Positions 41,329 through 51,021 are shown, counted from the first letter of the stretch. The stretch: 64,000 bases of DNA from Methanomassiliicoccaceae archaeon (GCA_963751645.1 CAVVVD010000008.1:85914-149913); one strand, 5' to 3'. Numbers and translations: made by a program. Notes: generated from the letters alone by a model not told the origin.

Positions 41329-42102
41329 GTGGGCGTCCAGGACCTTGATGCGGCTAACGAGATGTGGTTCCTCGGATCCATCAATGAGGAATGGCCCAAC
41401 TATTTCTGGTTCTTGGTGGACTGGATGTTCGAACGGCAGAGGACCGTCATCAAGGTGGTGAGGGAGGGTGACGAATTGAAAGGGGCCCTGCTGCTCTACG
41501 ATGGAAGGATAGGGCAGCTTCGGGGTGAGGTCCAGGCGTGCCAAGAGCTGTTGGACCTGGTCCAACACGAAAGGATGGAGTTCATCGTCCCTTTGGACCT
41601 CCGAACCTTGCTAACATCCCATTATAGGCCTGAGATCGATTTCAACACAGTGCTCATGGTGATGCGCTGGGGTGAGGCGTCTCCCCAAAAGGTCGTGGAA
41701 CCGGAGGTCCTAGTCCTGGAGGATTCGAAGGAGATATCCGATATCCTCTGCCGGGTGGACCCGGGCTGGTGGGGGGAGATGACAGAGGACCGTGTCCGCT
41801 CGATGTTCAGCAAGTCATGTTGGATGGGAGTGAGGGTCGGAATGAGGCTGAGGGCGGTCGGTTGTGCCTTGTTGGAAGGCCCTGGATACAACATCAGCAT
41901 CATCGCGACCGATGCTGACCATCGAAACAGGGGATATGCCACATCCATCGTCTCCGCCCTTGTCGAGAGGATATTCACCGAGGTCCCCTTCGCCCTCATC
42001 CACGTCAAGGAGGACAACCTGGTCGCCAGGAAGGTCTATGAGGGTGTCGGTTTCCGACCTTATCGTACCTATTATCTGATGCGCGGTGAGAAGGTCCGTT
42101 GA
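41329..42102 (+). CDS. GNAT-family N-acetyltransferase with N-terminal extension
   Basis: The acetyl-CoA motif is 'IATDADHRNRGYATSIVSALV', with 'NLVARKVYEGVGFRPY'. It has a GTG start. Confidence 0.7.
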   Translation: MGVQDLDAANEMWFLGSINEEWPNYFWFLVDWMFERQRTVIKVVREGDELKGALLLYDGRIGQLRGEVQACQELLDLVQHERMEFIVPLDLRTLLTSHYRPEIDFNTVLMVMRWGEASPQKVVEPEVLVLEDSKEISDILCRVDPGWWGEMTEDRVRSMFSKSCWMGVRVGMRLRAVGCALLEGPGYNISIIATDADHRNRGYATSIVSALVERIFTEVPFALIHVKEDNLVARKVYEGVGFRPYRTYYLMRGEKVR

Positions 42103-42123
42103 GACATCGAAGGATATTGCGGA

Positions 42124-42513
42124 TCAGAAGAAGCCTTCGAGATACACCTTATCGTGAAGCTCCCAGCATTTCAGCTTTCGCTCCACATCGTCCAACATGT
42201 CGAAGGACGCCTGCAGGAAGACCACCGTGCCATTCTGGGTCTTTCCGCGCAAGATCAGATGCAGCTGTTCGTTGAGGTCTCCCTTGTCCATTACGGCGAA
42301 TCCAAAAAACCTTTTACCGTCACGTCGGAAGGCCTCTATATGGGGGACCGGACACTGGACCGTCCTTACCTCTCGAAATCCCTTCACCTGCAGGTCGCCT
42401 GACCAAGTGCTCAGGAAATTAGCCGAAGCCTCCATTCGATCACTTTCTCTCGTAATATAGACTCTCCAACCTTTAAATAAGCCGAATATCTGATTCTCGT
42501 GATGGATAACCAC
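42124..42513 (-). CDS. hypothetical protein
   Basis: This is a 129-aa ORF with plausible composition. No motif is recognised. Confidence 0.4.
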   Translation of the reverse strand: MVIHHENQIFGLFKGWRVYITRESDRMEASANFLSTWSGDLQVKGFREVRTVQCPVPHIEAFRRDGKRFFGFAVMDKGDLNEQLHLILRGKTQNGTVVFLQASFDMLDDVERKLKCWELHDKVYLEGFF

Positions 42514-42558
42514 GAAGGATGCCTTATCTTAACTTTGGGTACGGGGGACCGGTGAACT

Positions 42559-43380
42559 TTGAACATTTCATCTAGGGTCAAGCTGAACAATGGGGTGGAC
42601 ATCCCGATCCTCGGACTGGGCACATACAGGTTGGCCCCCGGGAAGCAGACCTACAATGCCGTCCTATGGGCCTTGGAGGCAGGTTATCGTCTCATCGATA
42701 CCGCCAGCTTTTACGGGAACGAGGTCGACGTCGGCAAGGCCGTACGCGACAGCGGTGTCCCGCGTGACGAGGTCTTCATCACGACGAAGCTCTACAACTA
42801 TGACCAGGGCTTCTCTGAGGCGTTAAAGGCGTTCGAGGGCAGCGAGAGACGTCTGGACCTCGGACCGATCGATCTCTATCTCATCCATTGGCCGGTCCTG
42901 GCGCTGAGGCAGAGGTCCTGGAAGGCGTTGGAGAGGTTGCTTCGCGAGGGCAGGTGCCGCAGCATCGGGGTCAGCAACTATATGGTCTCTCACCTGGAGG
43001 AGCTCATGACCTATGCCGAGGTGACACCAGCGGTCGACCAGGTGGAGGTCTCGCCCTACCTGCAGCAACCCGAGCTGGCGGCGAAGTGCCGTAGCTTGAA
43101 CGTCCAAGTGGAGTCCTATAGTCCGTTGGCCCGAGGTAAGAGGTTCGACGACCCCAAGCTACTGGAGATCGCTGCCAAACATGGCTGTTCCCCAGCCCAG
43201 ATCATGTTGCGCTGGGGATTGCAGATGGGTCATGTGGTGATCCCCAAGGCGTCCGATCAGGCGCATATCACGGAGAACGCCGCTGTGTTCGACCTGGACC
43301 TCGATGGGAAGGACATGAGGTCGATGGAAGGCTTCGAGGAGCAGCTCCGGGTCTCCTGGGACCCCACCCGGGTGCCCTGA
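42559..43380 (+). CDS. aldo/keto reductase (2,5-diketo-D-gluconate reductase-like)
   Basis: It contains 'KLNNGVDIPILGLGTY', 'GYRLIDTASFYGNE', 'FITTKL', 'LYLIHWP' and 'IGVSNY'. The start is TTG. Confidence 0.88.
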   Translation: MNISSRVKLNNGVDIPILGLGTYRLAPGKQTYNAVLWALEAGYRLIDTASFYGNEVDVGKAVRDSGVPRDEVFITTKLYNYDQGFSEALKAFEGSERRLDLGPIDLYLIHWPVLALRQRSWKALERLLREGRCRSIGVSNYMVSHLEELMTYAEVTPAVDQVEVSPYLQQPELAAKCRSLNVQVESYSPLARGKRFDDPKLLEIAAKHGCSPAQIMLRWGLQMGHVVIPKASDQAHITENAAVFDLDLDGKDMRSMEGFEEQLRVSWDPTRVP

Positions 43381-43476
43381 CGACACCTTTTCATTAGTAG
43401 GGGCGCCTACATCAAGAATATAAACTCCCCAGGTCAATCGTTGATTTACGTAGTTCGGGGGAGCGAAGGGGAGAGC

Positions 43477-44178
43477 ATGGTCACGGTCAACAATGAGAGC
43501 AACGTCAAGATGCAGATCTTGCGTAGCCTGAGGGAGTTCTATCCGATCAAGGTCGACGAGATAGTCCTCATCTCCTCGGTGCAGAAGGCGCTCAAGGACG
43601 TCACCATCGACCGCGTGTCCCAGGAGATCAAGGAGCTGAAGACCAAGGGGTTGATCGAGGAATCGGTCATCAAGGCCCCCTTCGGGAAGACCGAGACATA
43701 TCGTTACAAGATAACCTCTGACGGCATCGATTTCCTTCAATCGTTGGAGGAGTCCGGGGCGAAGAGAGAGGGTGTGTCCGCCCGTGAGATCGAGACGCGC
43801 CTCATCGAGACCTACGACCGCATCAAGTCCGACATGGAGGAGATGAGGCATGGGATCGAGACCAGCCAGAAGACCCTAGACTCCGAGATGAAGGAGATGC
43901 GTCAGCGCATCCAGGACCATGACCAGGTCATCAGGACCTATTTCCTCCGCGTCATCGAGACCTTCGGCGTGTTCGTCAGCATCTTCGCCATCGTGGTGGT
44001 CCTCATCCTCACAATCGGAATGAGCCTGAAAGATGGCTCGACCATAGGGGACTATTGGCTGATCATGCTGAGCGTACCGGTTGCTATCATGGCATACGTG
44101 CTGGTGATGATCTGGGGCATAAAGCGGTTCATCCTGGTGGATCCCTGCAAGGAGGAGGGGGGACCGCGTGAGCGATGA
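43477..44178 (+). CDS. membrane-anchored winged-helix protein (wHTH + coiled coil + TM helices), paralog A
   Basis: The wHTH is 'MQILRSLREFYPIKVDEIVL..SQEIKELKTKGLIEES'. The coiled coil is 'IETYDRIKSDMEEMRHG..MKEMRQRIQDHDQVIRTYFLRVIE'. The TMs are 'FGVFVSIFAIVVVLILTI' and 'LIMLSVPVAIMAYVLVMIW'. Confidence 0.65.
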   Translation: MVTVNNESNVKMQILRSLREFYPIKVDEIVLISSVQKALKDVTIDRVSQEIKELKTKGLIEESVIKAPFGKTETYRYKITSDGIDFLQSLEESGAKREGVSAREIETRLIETYDRIKSDMEEMRHGIETSQKTLDSEMKEMRQRIQDHDQVIRTYFLRVIETFGVFVSIFAIVVVLILTIGMSLKDGSTIGDYWLIMLSVPVAIMAYVLVMIWGIKRFILVDPCKEEGGPRER

Positions 44179-44827
44179 GATCGACCATGGGTTGGCCCTC
44201 CTCAGACATCTGAGGCAGAGCTATCCTGCCAGGGTCGGGGAGGCCGACCTCCTCAGGGCGGTGGCCCAGAACGAGAAGGTCAGCGTGGAGATCGTCAGAC
44301 CCTCCTTGAAGAAGCTGGTCGAGCAGAAGTTGGTAATCGCAACCATTGACGATGCTGGCGAGGAGAGGGTTTGGATCGCCCAGAGCGGGATCGACATTCT
44401 GGATGGTCTCGAGCCATCCATCGGGGAAGCGGCCACAATCTCGCCCTGGGAGATGGAGTCGAAGCTCATCGCCACCTATGATAGCATGAAGACCGACATG
44501 GAGGCGCTGAAGAAGAACCTGGAAAGGAACCAGCGGGATTTCGAGAAGGAGATGGGGGAACTCCGCAAGTCTATCGCGGACCATGACCAGTTCCTTCGCA
44601 CCTACTTCGTGAGGATCATGGAGTCGATATCGGTCTTCATCGGGATCTTCGGTATCGTGGTGGTGATGATGGTCAACAACCTGGACCAATCGTTGAGGGG
44701 CACCGACATGGAGGACCTGTTGATGTTCATCGTCATGTTACCGTTGCTACTGGTCGTCACGGTGATCCCCACCTTGTACATCATCAAAAAGATCATCCTG
44801 GAACCGAAGCGACCCCCGGTCACATGA
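44168..44827 (+). CDS. membrane-anchored winged-helix protein, paralog B
   Basis: It has the same architecture: 'IATYDSMKTDMEALKKN..MGELRKSIADHDQFLRTYFVRIME', 'ISVFIGIFGIVVVMMV' and 'LLMFIVMLPLLLVVTVIP'. The GTG start overlaps paralog A by 11 nt. Confidence 0.65.
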   Translation: MSDEIDHGLALLRHLRQSYPARVGEADLLRAVAQNEKVSVEIVRPSLKKLVEQKLVIATIDDAGEERVWIAQSGIDILDGLEPSIGEAATISPWEMESKLIATYDSMKTDMEALKKNLERNQRDFEKEMGELRKSIADHDQFLRTYFVRIMESISVFIGIFGIVVVMMVNNLDQSLRGTDMEDLLMFIVMLPLLLVVTVIPTLYIIKKIILEPKRPPVT

Positions 44828-44930
44828 TGTTGGACCGAGTGGTTGGTCGCGGCATCAAAAAATATGCCATGGAGACATTCCCCCTCATCCGGAATATGAC
44901 ATTGACATTGTGGCGTGTGTGGTTCGATCC

Positions 44931-45856
44931 ATGATCGAAACTGTGGACCTGACCAGGAGATTCGGGTCGTTGGTGGCTGTGGAAGGCCTCAACCTCAACA
45001 TCAAGGACGGCGAGGTCTACGGCCTCCTCGGCCCCAATGGGGCGGGGAAGACCACCACGATCCGGATGCTCACCGCGCTCATCTCGCCGACCTCCGGCTC
45101 TGCGTACATAGATCGTCTGGACACATCGAACCCCGGGGATCAGCTGAAGATCAGGTCGATGGTCGGCCTCCTTCCGGAATCCCCTGGTCTGTATGAGTCG
45201 CTGAGCGCCATGCAGAACCTCAACTTCTTCGGCAAGATGTATGGCGTCCCAATACGAGACCGTGAGGAGCAGGATCAGAGCGCTTGCTCCGCACCCTTGA
45301 GCTATGGGACCGAAGGGACGAGGCGGTCGGGGGCTTCTCCAAGGGGATGAAGCAGAAGATCGCCATCGCCCGGGCCCTGGTGCACGAGCCACGGTTCCTG
45401 TTCCTGGACGAACCGACCTCCGGGCTGGACCCTCAGGCGGCCCTGACCGTGCGCAACTACCTCCTGGAGCTGAAGAAAGAGGGGCGCACCATCCTTCTCA
45501 ACACCCACAACCTCGATGACGCCCAACGACTCTGTGATCGCGTCGGGGTCATCCGCAGCAGGCTTCTAGCCGAGGGCTCCCCGGACGATCTGGCGGACCG
45601 CTTCTTCGGGCGAACGACATTGGTCCGCATGAGCAAGGTCCCCCCAGGGATCGTTCAAGCGGTCTCAGCCCTTCCAGGTGTGCTGTCCGCGGAACTGCAC
45701 GACAAGGAGCTGGTCCTGCGAATGGAGGACCCCTCCACTCAGAACCCCGTAGTGGTGGACCTCATAGTCAGGCTCGGTGGTGGCATCGAATACGTCGAGC
45801 AGGGACGACGGGGCCTGGAGGACATCTATCTCAAGATCATCGGAGGGGGACAGTGA
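44931..45856 (+). pseudogene. ABC transporter ATP-binding protein (ABC-2/CcmA-like), one -1 frameshift near 45280
   Basis: Walker A is 'GLLGPNGAGKTT', the signature is 'FSKGMKQK' and Walker B is 'FLFLDEPTSGLD'. ORFs 44910.. and 45284.. join at 'RDREEQ/..LRTLELWD'. Confidence 0.85.
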
Positions 45857-46887
45857 TCCTGCGCTGGGACCGCATCTGGAGCATCGTCCGGAAGGAGTTC
45901 TCGGAGTTCCGACGCAACAAGTACATCCTGTACTCATTGATCCTCATGCCGGTCCTCCTCGCGACCGTGCTCCCTGCCATCTACCTTCTACCGGTGGCGA
46001 CGCTTTCCGAGGAGCCATCCGATGGGCCGATCGACCTGGGGCTCAACCTCACCTCCAACTATACGGGTCAGGTCCTGAGCGGCATCGTCATACAGAACGC
46101 GTCGTTGGTCGATTGCACCATCAGCAACTCGGTCATCACCGGCTGCCGGCTGGAGAACTGCGCCATCGACAACGCATTGGTATCTGGTTGCGAGGTCATC
46201 GGCGGCGAGGTCACAAGCTCCAGGATAGAAGGTTCGAACCTGGATGATACGGACATCATCGACAGCACGTTGCAAGGATCTGTGTTGATCGGCCAGCCCA
46301 CCGAGACGGAGAGCGCCATACTGCTGCTCCTGAACATCCTGCTTATCTTCTTCATCCTCATCCCCACCGTTATTCCGACCGTGGTGGCATCCTATACCAT
46401 CGTAGGTGAGAAGATCAACCGCAGCCTGGAACCGTTGCTGGCGACACCGACCACCGACCTGGAGCTCTTGGTGGGGAAGTCCGCCTCCATTTTCATACCC
46501 TGCGTGCTCATCACCTGGGCGGTCTTCCTGCCCTTCGTGGTGATCGTCGATCTCATCACGGAACCGGTGCTGGGATACTATCCCATGCCCAACTCGGTAT
46601 GGCTGATCGGTGTTTTCCTTCTCGCCCCGATGATATGCGCGCTCAGCATCCTGAGCAATGTGATCATATCGTCCAGGGTATCGGACGTCCGCTCCGCCCA
46701 GCAGCTGGGGTCCCTGGTGGTGCTCCCTATCGTGGGCTTCTTCATCGTCATGGCCTTGGGCCTGATCCCGCTGACGCCGTTGAACATCCTTCTCCTCTCC
46801 TTGGGCCTATTGGTCGTCGACATCGTTGTGCTGAACGTGGCCAGAAGGACGTTCCGCCGTGAGGAGATATTGGTCAATTGGAAGTGA
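45853..46887 (+). CDS. ABC-2-type permease with a pentapeptide-repeat insertion in the first external loop
   Basis: TM1 is 'LYSLILMPVLLATVLPAIYLL'. About 13 consecutive 5-residue units follow ('NASLV DCTIS NSVIT GCRLE NCAID NALVS GCEVI ...'). Then come 5 TM helices. The GTG start overlaps the ATPase stop. Confidence 0.75.
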   Translation: MILRWDRIWSIVRKEFSEFRRNKYILYSLILMPVLLATVLPAIYLLPVATLSEEPSDGPIDLGLNLTSNYTGQVLSGIVIQNASLVDCTISNSVITGCRLENCAIDNALVSGCEVIGGEVTSSRIEGSNLDDTDIIDSTLQGSVLIGQPTETESAILLLLNILLIFFILIPTVIPTVVASYTIVGEKINRSLEPLLATPTTDLELLVGKSASIFIPCVLITWAVFLPFVVIVDLITEPVLGYYPMPNSVWLIGVFLLAPMICALSILSNVIISSRVSDVRSAQQLGSLVVLPIVGFFIVMALGLIPLTPLNILLLSLGLLVVDIVVLNVARRTFRREEILVNWK

Positions 46888-46889
46888 GC

Positions 46890-48137
46890 TCACTTACGCC
46901 GCATCGCCACGGAACGGGCGTGGGCGTCCAGACCCTCGGCCTTGGCCAGGGCCTCCACCGTGCCCCCGATGCCCTCGAGACCGGTCCTGTCGATCATCTG
47001 GATGGAACTGCGCTTGCAGAAGTGGTGCACGTCCAGGCCCGAATAGATGCGAGCATATCCGGCGGTAGGCAGCACGTGGTTCGTTCCGGAGGCGTAATCG
47101 CCACAGGCCACGGCGGCATACTTGCCGACGAAGATGGAACCGGCGTTATGCACCGAGTTCAGGGCGAGGAGCTCGTTGGTCATCTGGATGGACAGGTGCT
47201 CCGGGGCCACCTGGTCGATGATGGCGGCCGCTCGGGCGAGGTCGGGGACGACGATGTAGCCAGCGTTCCCCAGGGAACGCTCCAGGATCGCCCCTCTCTG
47301 GGAGCTCTTCAGCTGCTGCTCGATCTGCGCACCTACCTTGGCCGGTAGCGAGGGATCGGTGCTGACCAGCAGGCAGGCCGCGTTCGGGTCGTGCTCCGCC
47401 TGGGCGAGGATGTCCGCGGCGATGAAGGACGCGTCAGCGCTGGAGTCTGCCATGATGGCTATCTCGCTGGGCCCGGCGGGGAAATCGATGTCCACCGCGT
47501 CGCGCAGCATCATCTTGGCCGCGGTGACGTAAACGTTGCCCGGCCCGACGATCTTGTCCACCGGCCTGATGCTCTCCGTCCCGAGGGCCATCGCGGCGAT
47601 CGCTTGCGCCCCTCCGACCTGGTAGACCTCGTCCACCCCTGCCACCTGCATCGCCACCAGGGTGAGCGCGCTCACTGGCGGCGGGGTGCAACAGACCACC
47701 TGCCTCACACCGGCCACCTTGGCCGGTACGGCGCACATGAGAACAGTGGAGGGATAGGCGGCCCTTCCACCGGGCACGTACGCGCCCACCCTAGCCAGCG
47801 CGGTGGTCTTCACGCCCAGGATGATGCCTGGCTCCACTTCCTGGAACCAGAGCCCATGGGGCTGCTGCATGCGGTGGAAGCGCCGGATGTTCTCGGCCGC
47901 CCTCTCCAGCTCGCGGACCAGTTCGTCCGACACGCTCTCCCGTGCCGAGACCATCTGTCCCTCTGTGACCCTCAATGAATCTAAAGTGACCTTGTCGAAC
48001 CGCTCGGTCAGCTCCAGCAATGCCTTGTCGCCATCGGTGCGGACCAGGTCGATGATGCCTTGTACCGCACCCTGCACATTGGTCAGGCTGGCCCTGCGTC
48101 CCTTGATCCATCTCTCCAGATCGACCGGTCCGAACAT
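46890..48137 (-). CDS. hisD: histidinol dehydrogenase
   Basis: It contains 'VGAYVPGGRAAYPSTVLM', 'QVGGAQAIAAMA', 'IVGPGNVYVTAAK', 'AGPSEI', 'QAEHD' and 'GDYASGTNHVLPT'. Confidence 0.93.
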   Translation of the reverse strand: MFGPVDLERWIKGRRASLTNVQGAVQGIIDLVRTDGDKALLELTERFDKVTLDSLRVTEGQMVSARESVSDELVRELERAAENIRRFHRMQQPHGLWFQEVEPGIILGVKTTALARVGAYVPGGRAAYPSTVLMCAVPAKVAGVRQVVCCTPPPVSALTLVAMQVAGVDEVYQVGGAQAIAAMALGTESIRPVDKIVGPGNVYVTAAKMMLRDAVDIDFPAGPSEIAIMADSSADASFIAADILAQAEHDPNAACLLVSTDPSLPAKVGAQIEQQLKSSQRGAILERSLGNAGYIVVPDLARAAAIIDQVAPEHLSIQMTNELLALNSVHNAGSIFVGKYAAVACGDYASGTNHVLPTAGYARIYSGLDVHHFCKRSSIQMIDRTGLEGIGGTVEALAKAEGLDAHARSVAMRRK

Positions 48138-48172
48138 GCCGAGGTCATTGGCCAGGCCATTAATCTATTTTC

Positions 48173-48550
48173 CTAGCCGTACCCGTCCATCTCGTACGTC
48201 AGACGTTTCTTCCCTGGACATATCGGATTGTACTTCATCGAATCACGAATGGTGTTGCGCAGGAGGGTGGCGGACGTGAATCCCACGATCTCACCCACCT
48301 TTCCCTGCCGACAGAAGAACATGAAGGTGGGCGTCCCGGTCACTCCCAGCCTCTGGGCCATCTGGACATTGCCGTCGGTGTTGATGCGCACGAATGTGGC
48401 CTCATCCTCCATCTCCTGGGCCACCTGCTCGTATGCCGGGGCGACGTCCTTGCAGACCGAGCAGCTGGGCGCCCAGAACTCGACGACGACCACCCTGTCC
48501 GTCCGTTTCATCATATCGTTGAACAGTGCCTCGTTGATGTCCCTGATCAT
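48173..48550 (-). CDS. thioredoxin-fold protein (active site C-S-V-C)
   Basis: It contains 'VVVEFWAPSCSVCKDVAPAYE' and 'GVTGTPTFMFF', with a C-terminal extension. Confidence 0.8.
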   Translation of the reverse strand: MIRDINEALFNDMMKRTDRVVVVEFWAPSCSVCKDVAPAYEQVAQEMEDEATFVRINTDGNVQMAQRLGVTGTPTFMFFCRQGKVGEIVGFTSATLLRNTIRDSMKYNPICPGKKRLTYEMDGYG

Positions 48551-48559
48551 GCGAACCCC

Positions 48560-48916
48560 TCATCCGAAATAAACGACCATCTTACCTTCCAACTCCGTCC
48601 GGGCCATCTCGCCCTGGGCGGTCCCCACCACCTCCCCCTGCCTGAAGAATATGAAGGTGGGCGTGACGGACACGTCGAAACGCCGGGGCGTGAGTGGTTG
48701 CTTGATACCGTCCAGCCGCGCGAAGGTGACCTTGCCACCGGAGGACGATGCCACGCTTTCGTATATGGGGGCCATGCGCTTGCAATGGGAACAGCCCACC
48801 ATATAGACCTCGACCACCGCCCTCTCATTGGTCGAGATGAACTTTTCGAATGCCTCATCGGTAAGTTCCTCCACGACCTTGTGGCCATCATCGAACCTCC
48901 TCCTCCAGAAGCTCAT
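48560..48916 (-). CDS. thioredoxin-fold protein (active site C-S-H-C)
   Basis: It contains 'VVEVYMVGCSHCKRMAPIYE' and 'VSVTPTFIFF'. Confidence 0.8.
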   Translation of the reverse strand: MSFWRRRFDDGHKVVEELTDEAFEKFISTNERAVVEVYMVGCSHCKRMAPIYESVASSSGGKVTFARLDGIKQPLTPRRFDVSVTPTFIFFRQGEVVGTAQGEMARTELEGKMVVYFG

Positions 48917-48963
48917 TCGAACCCCGCTTGACAGTCATGCCTGGATGATAAATATCTTCCCGC

Positions 48964-49221
48964 TCAGCCGCCCAAGGCCATGATACGGTGGAGAGTGCGC
49001 TCCACCTCCGCCCAGTCCGTACATTCCACAGTGTCCGCGCCGTTGCTCACGGCATTGTCGCTGGATATCTCCCAGCAGTTCTCTGGAGGGGGCGAATCGA
49101 ACCTGAGGACGAACATGCGGAACGCTCCAGCATGACCATCGCTCTGCCTCCGGCCCGATACCACCGAGGCCCCATAGTCGTTAGGGAAACGGTAGATCTT
49201 GTGGACGCGGTCGCCCTCCAT
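48964..49221 (-). CDS. hypothetical small protein
   Basis: This is an 85-aa ORF. 'YRFPNDYGASVV..GAFRMFVLRF' resembles a small family I associate with phage/prophage genes. That assignment is from memory only. Confidence 0.4.
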   Translation of the reverse strand: MEGDRVHKIYRFPNDYGASVVSGRRQSDGHAGAFRMFVLRFDSPPPENCWEISSDNAVSNGADTVECTDWAEVERTLHRIMALGG

Positions 49222-49293
49222 GCAGCCGCAGACGCATTTGGCGTTCAGGTCGATCTCGAATGCCGATAGGTCCGGGTCTGCCAGATGACCACC

Positions 49294-49992
49294 TCAGAAG
49301 TTCCTCTGGGACTTGGACATCGGTATCTTGGCCCAGAGCTTGACGTTACCGCAGCCCTCGGCCTTGAAGGGCTTGAGCTTGAAATCCAGGTCCAGCTCCT
49401 TCGCTCGGGCCCATTCGTAGATGAACTCCCGGGCGCTCTCCGCGTTGATCACCACCGCCTCGAAGAACATGTCCATGACCTCCGGCTCGGGGACCTGGCC
49501 CAGGTGGTCGGTCCTATGTTTTATGTCGTAGAACAGAAGGGTGTGGATCTGGAGGTCCAATCCCTTGGTCCCTTGGCTGAACTCCTTCTTGAACGATTCG
49601 AAGTCGAGGTTGGACGGTGCGTGACCCATTACCTTCTTGAAGAGCATGAACATCGCCTCGGACTTGCTGAGCTCGGTCATGATGTTCCCGAGGGCCTTCT
49701 CGCTGCGCTCCTTCCCATAGAAGCCGGGGACGACCACCATGGGGTCCTTGTGCGTCACCGCCCTCTCGCAGTCCTTCATGACCTCCAGCAACTTGGCCAT
49801 CTCATCGAACATCACCAGCAGGGTGAGGTAGCGCAACCTTTCCTTGCCCAGGTAGTCCTCCTGCGAGGACATGAGCCGATAGGAGTTGGCGTACTCCAGG
49901 ATATGGGTGGTGAGTTCCAGGGACATCAGGTGGGCTTCGTCCACGCCCATGACCAGGTCTTCCTCTTGCATCAGGGTTTGATGGTGGGTCAT
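49294..49992 (-). CDS. conserved hypothetical protein
   Basis: This 232-aa ORF has normal composition. The overlapping 290-aa plus-strand ORF is L/G/H/V-rich antisense-type. No family is recognised. Confidence 0.55.
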   Translation of the reverse strand: MTHHQTLMQEEDLVMGVDEAHLMSLELTTHILEYANSYRLMSSQEDYLGKERLRYLTLLVMFDEMAKLLEVMKDCERAVTHKDPMVVVPGFYGKERSEKALGNIMTELSKSEAMFMLFKKVMGHAPSNLDFESFKKEFSQGTKGLDLQIHTLLFYDIKHRTDHLGQVPEPEVMDMFFEAVVINAESAREFIYEWARAKELDLDFKLKPFKAEGCGNVKLWAKIPMSKSQRNF

Positions 49993-50050
49993 GGTCTAAA
50001 AATCTTTCTTGGGACCCACTGGAAAAAATGGATGATGACCAGTGTCACGA

Positions 50051-50320
50051 TCAGATGCGGTTGTTGTACTCCTCCAGCAACGCCCGGGAATACTCCTTCT
50101 CTACGCTGGACGGCACGAAGTCCCTGTCCTTCACCCTCTCCAGGAGCTCCTTGCTGATCTGGGCATCGTCATTGAGGTTGAGGGCGATCACCTCGTTCAT
50201 AATGTTGTCGAGGTCCGCAATGCCGACGTCCTTGCCGTTGATCTTGAGCTTCGGGGTCTCATCGATAACCAGTTCGTCCCCGCACTTCTTGCACTCCTTG
50301 CGTTTCTTCTCCTCTTCCAT
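50051..50320 (-). CDS. hypothetical small protein with N-terminal CxxC
   Basis: This 89-aa ORF contains 'ECKKCGDELV' and 'KINGKDVGIADLDNIMNEV..FVPSSVEKEYSRALLEEY'. It lies upstream of and co-oriented with 49294..49992. Confidence 0.5.
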   Translation of the reverse strand: MEEEKKRKECKKCGDELVIDETPKLKINGKDVGIADLDNIMNEVIALNLNDDAQISKELLERVKDRDFVPSSVEKEYSRALLEEYNNRI

Positions 50321-50409
50321 CTGCGTCTCTCCTTGCTAGGATGGAGTGCACTCGGAGCTGACGATTTAAAGCGTTTTCGCTTCTCGCCTTGGTCCGATGG
50401 AACGATGGA

Positions 50410-51021
50410 CTACGCTAGTAGTCTCATGATGAGGTCGGGGAGGTTCTCCTCGATATAATCGATCGAGCCGCTCAGAATGTACTCGACCGCGAGGGCCGCG
50501 ATGATCAGACCGATGATGCGGGAGAATATCTCAATGGTGTTGCGGCCCAGCTTCTTGACGATGTAGACGGAGTTGTGCAACGCCAACCAGGTGATGAAGA
50601 GGGCGAACCCGCCCGCCATTAGGACCGTGACGACATCGTACTGGTCGACCAGAAGTATGGCGGTGGCGATGACGCCCGGTCCGGTCAGTATGGGGGTGGC
50701 GATGACCACCCACGCCACGTCCTCGTTCTTGTGCTTGCTGATCTCGATGCCGAAGATGACCTCGATGGCCATCATCATGAGCACCAGACCGCCCGCGACC
50801 CTGAAGCTGGAGATCGATATGCCGAACAGGTCGAGGATGTCCTCTCCGACCAACGCGAAGATGATGAAGAGGAGGGCGGCCACGATGATGGCCCGGTTGG
50901 CGCTCTTGACCATCTGGGCCTGGTCCTGGTCCTTGGTCAGGCTTATGAAGATGGGAAGGCTGGCGAAAGGGTCGAAGATGAAGAATAGCACGACCGCCGA
51001 TGCTATCAGGCCCTCCAACAT
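50410..51021 (-). CDS. MarC/SnatA (UPF0056) family membrane protein
   Basis: It contains 'FFIFDPFASLPIFISLT' and has 6 hydrophobic helices. Confidence 0.8.
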   Translation of the reverse strand: MLEGLIASAVVLFFIFDPFASLPIFISLTKDQDQAQMVKSANRAIIVAALLFIIFALVGEDILDLFGISISSFRVAGGLVLMMMAIEVIFGIEISKHKNEDVAWVVIATPILTGPGVIATAILLVDQYDVVTVLMAGGFALFITWLALHNSVYIVKKLGRNTIEIFSRIIGLIIAALAVEYILSGSIDYIEENLPDLIMRLLA

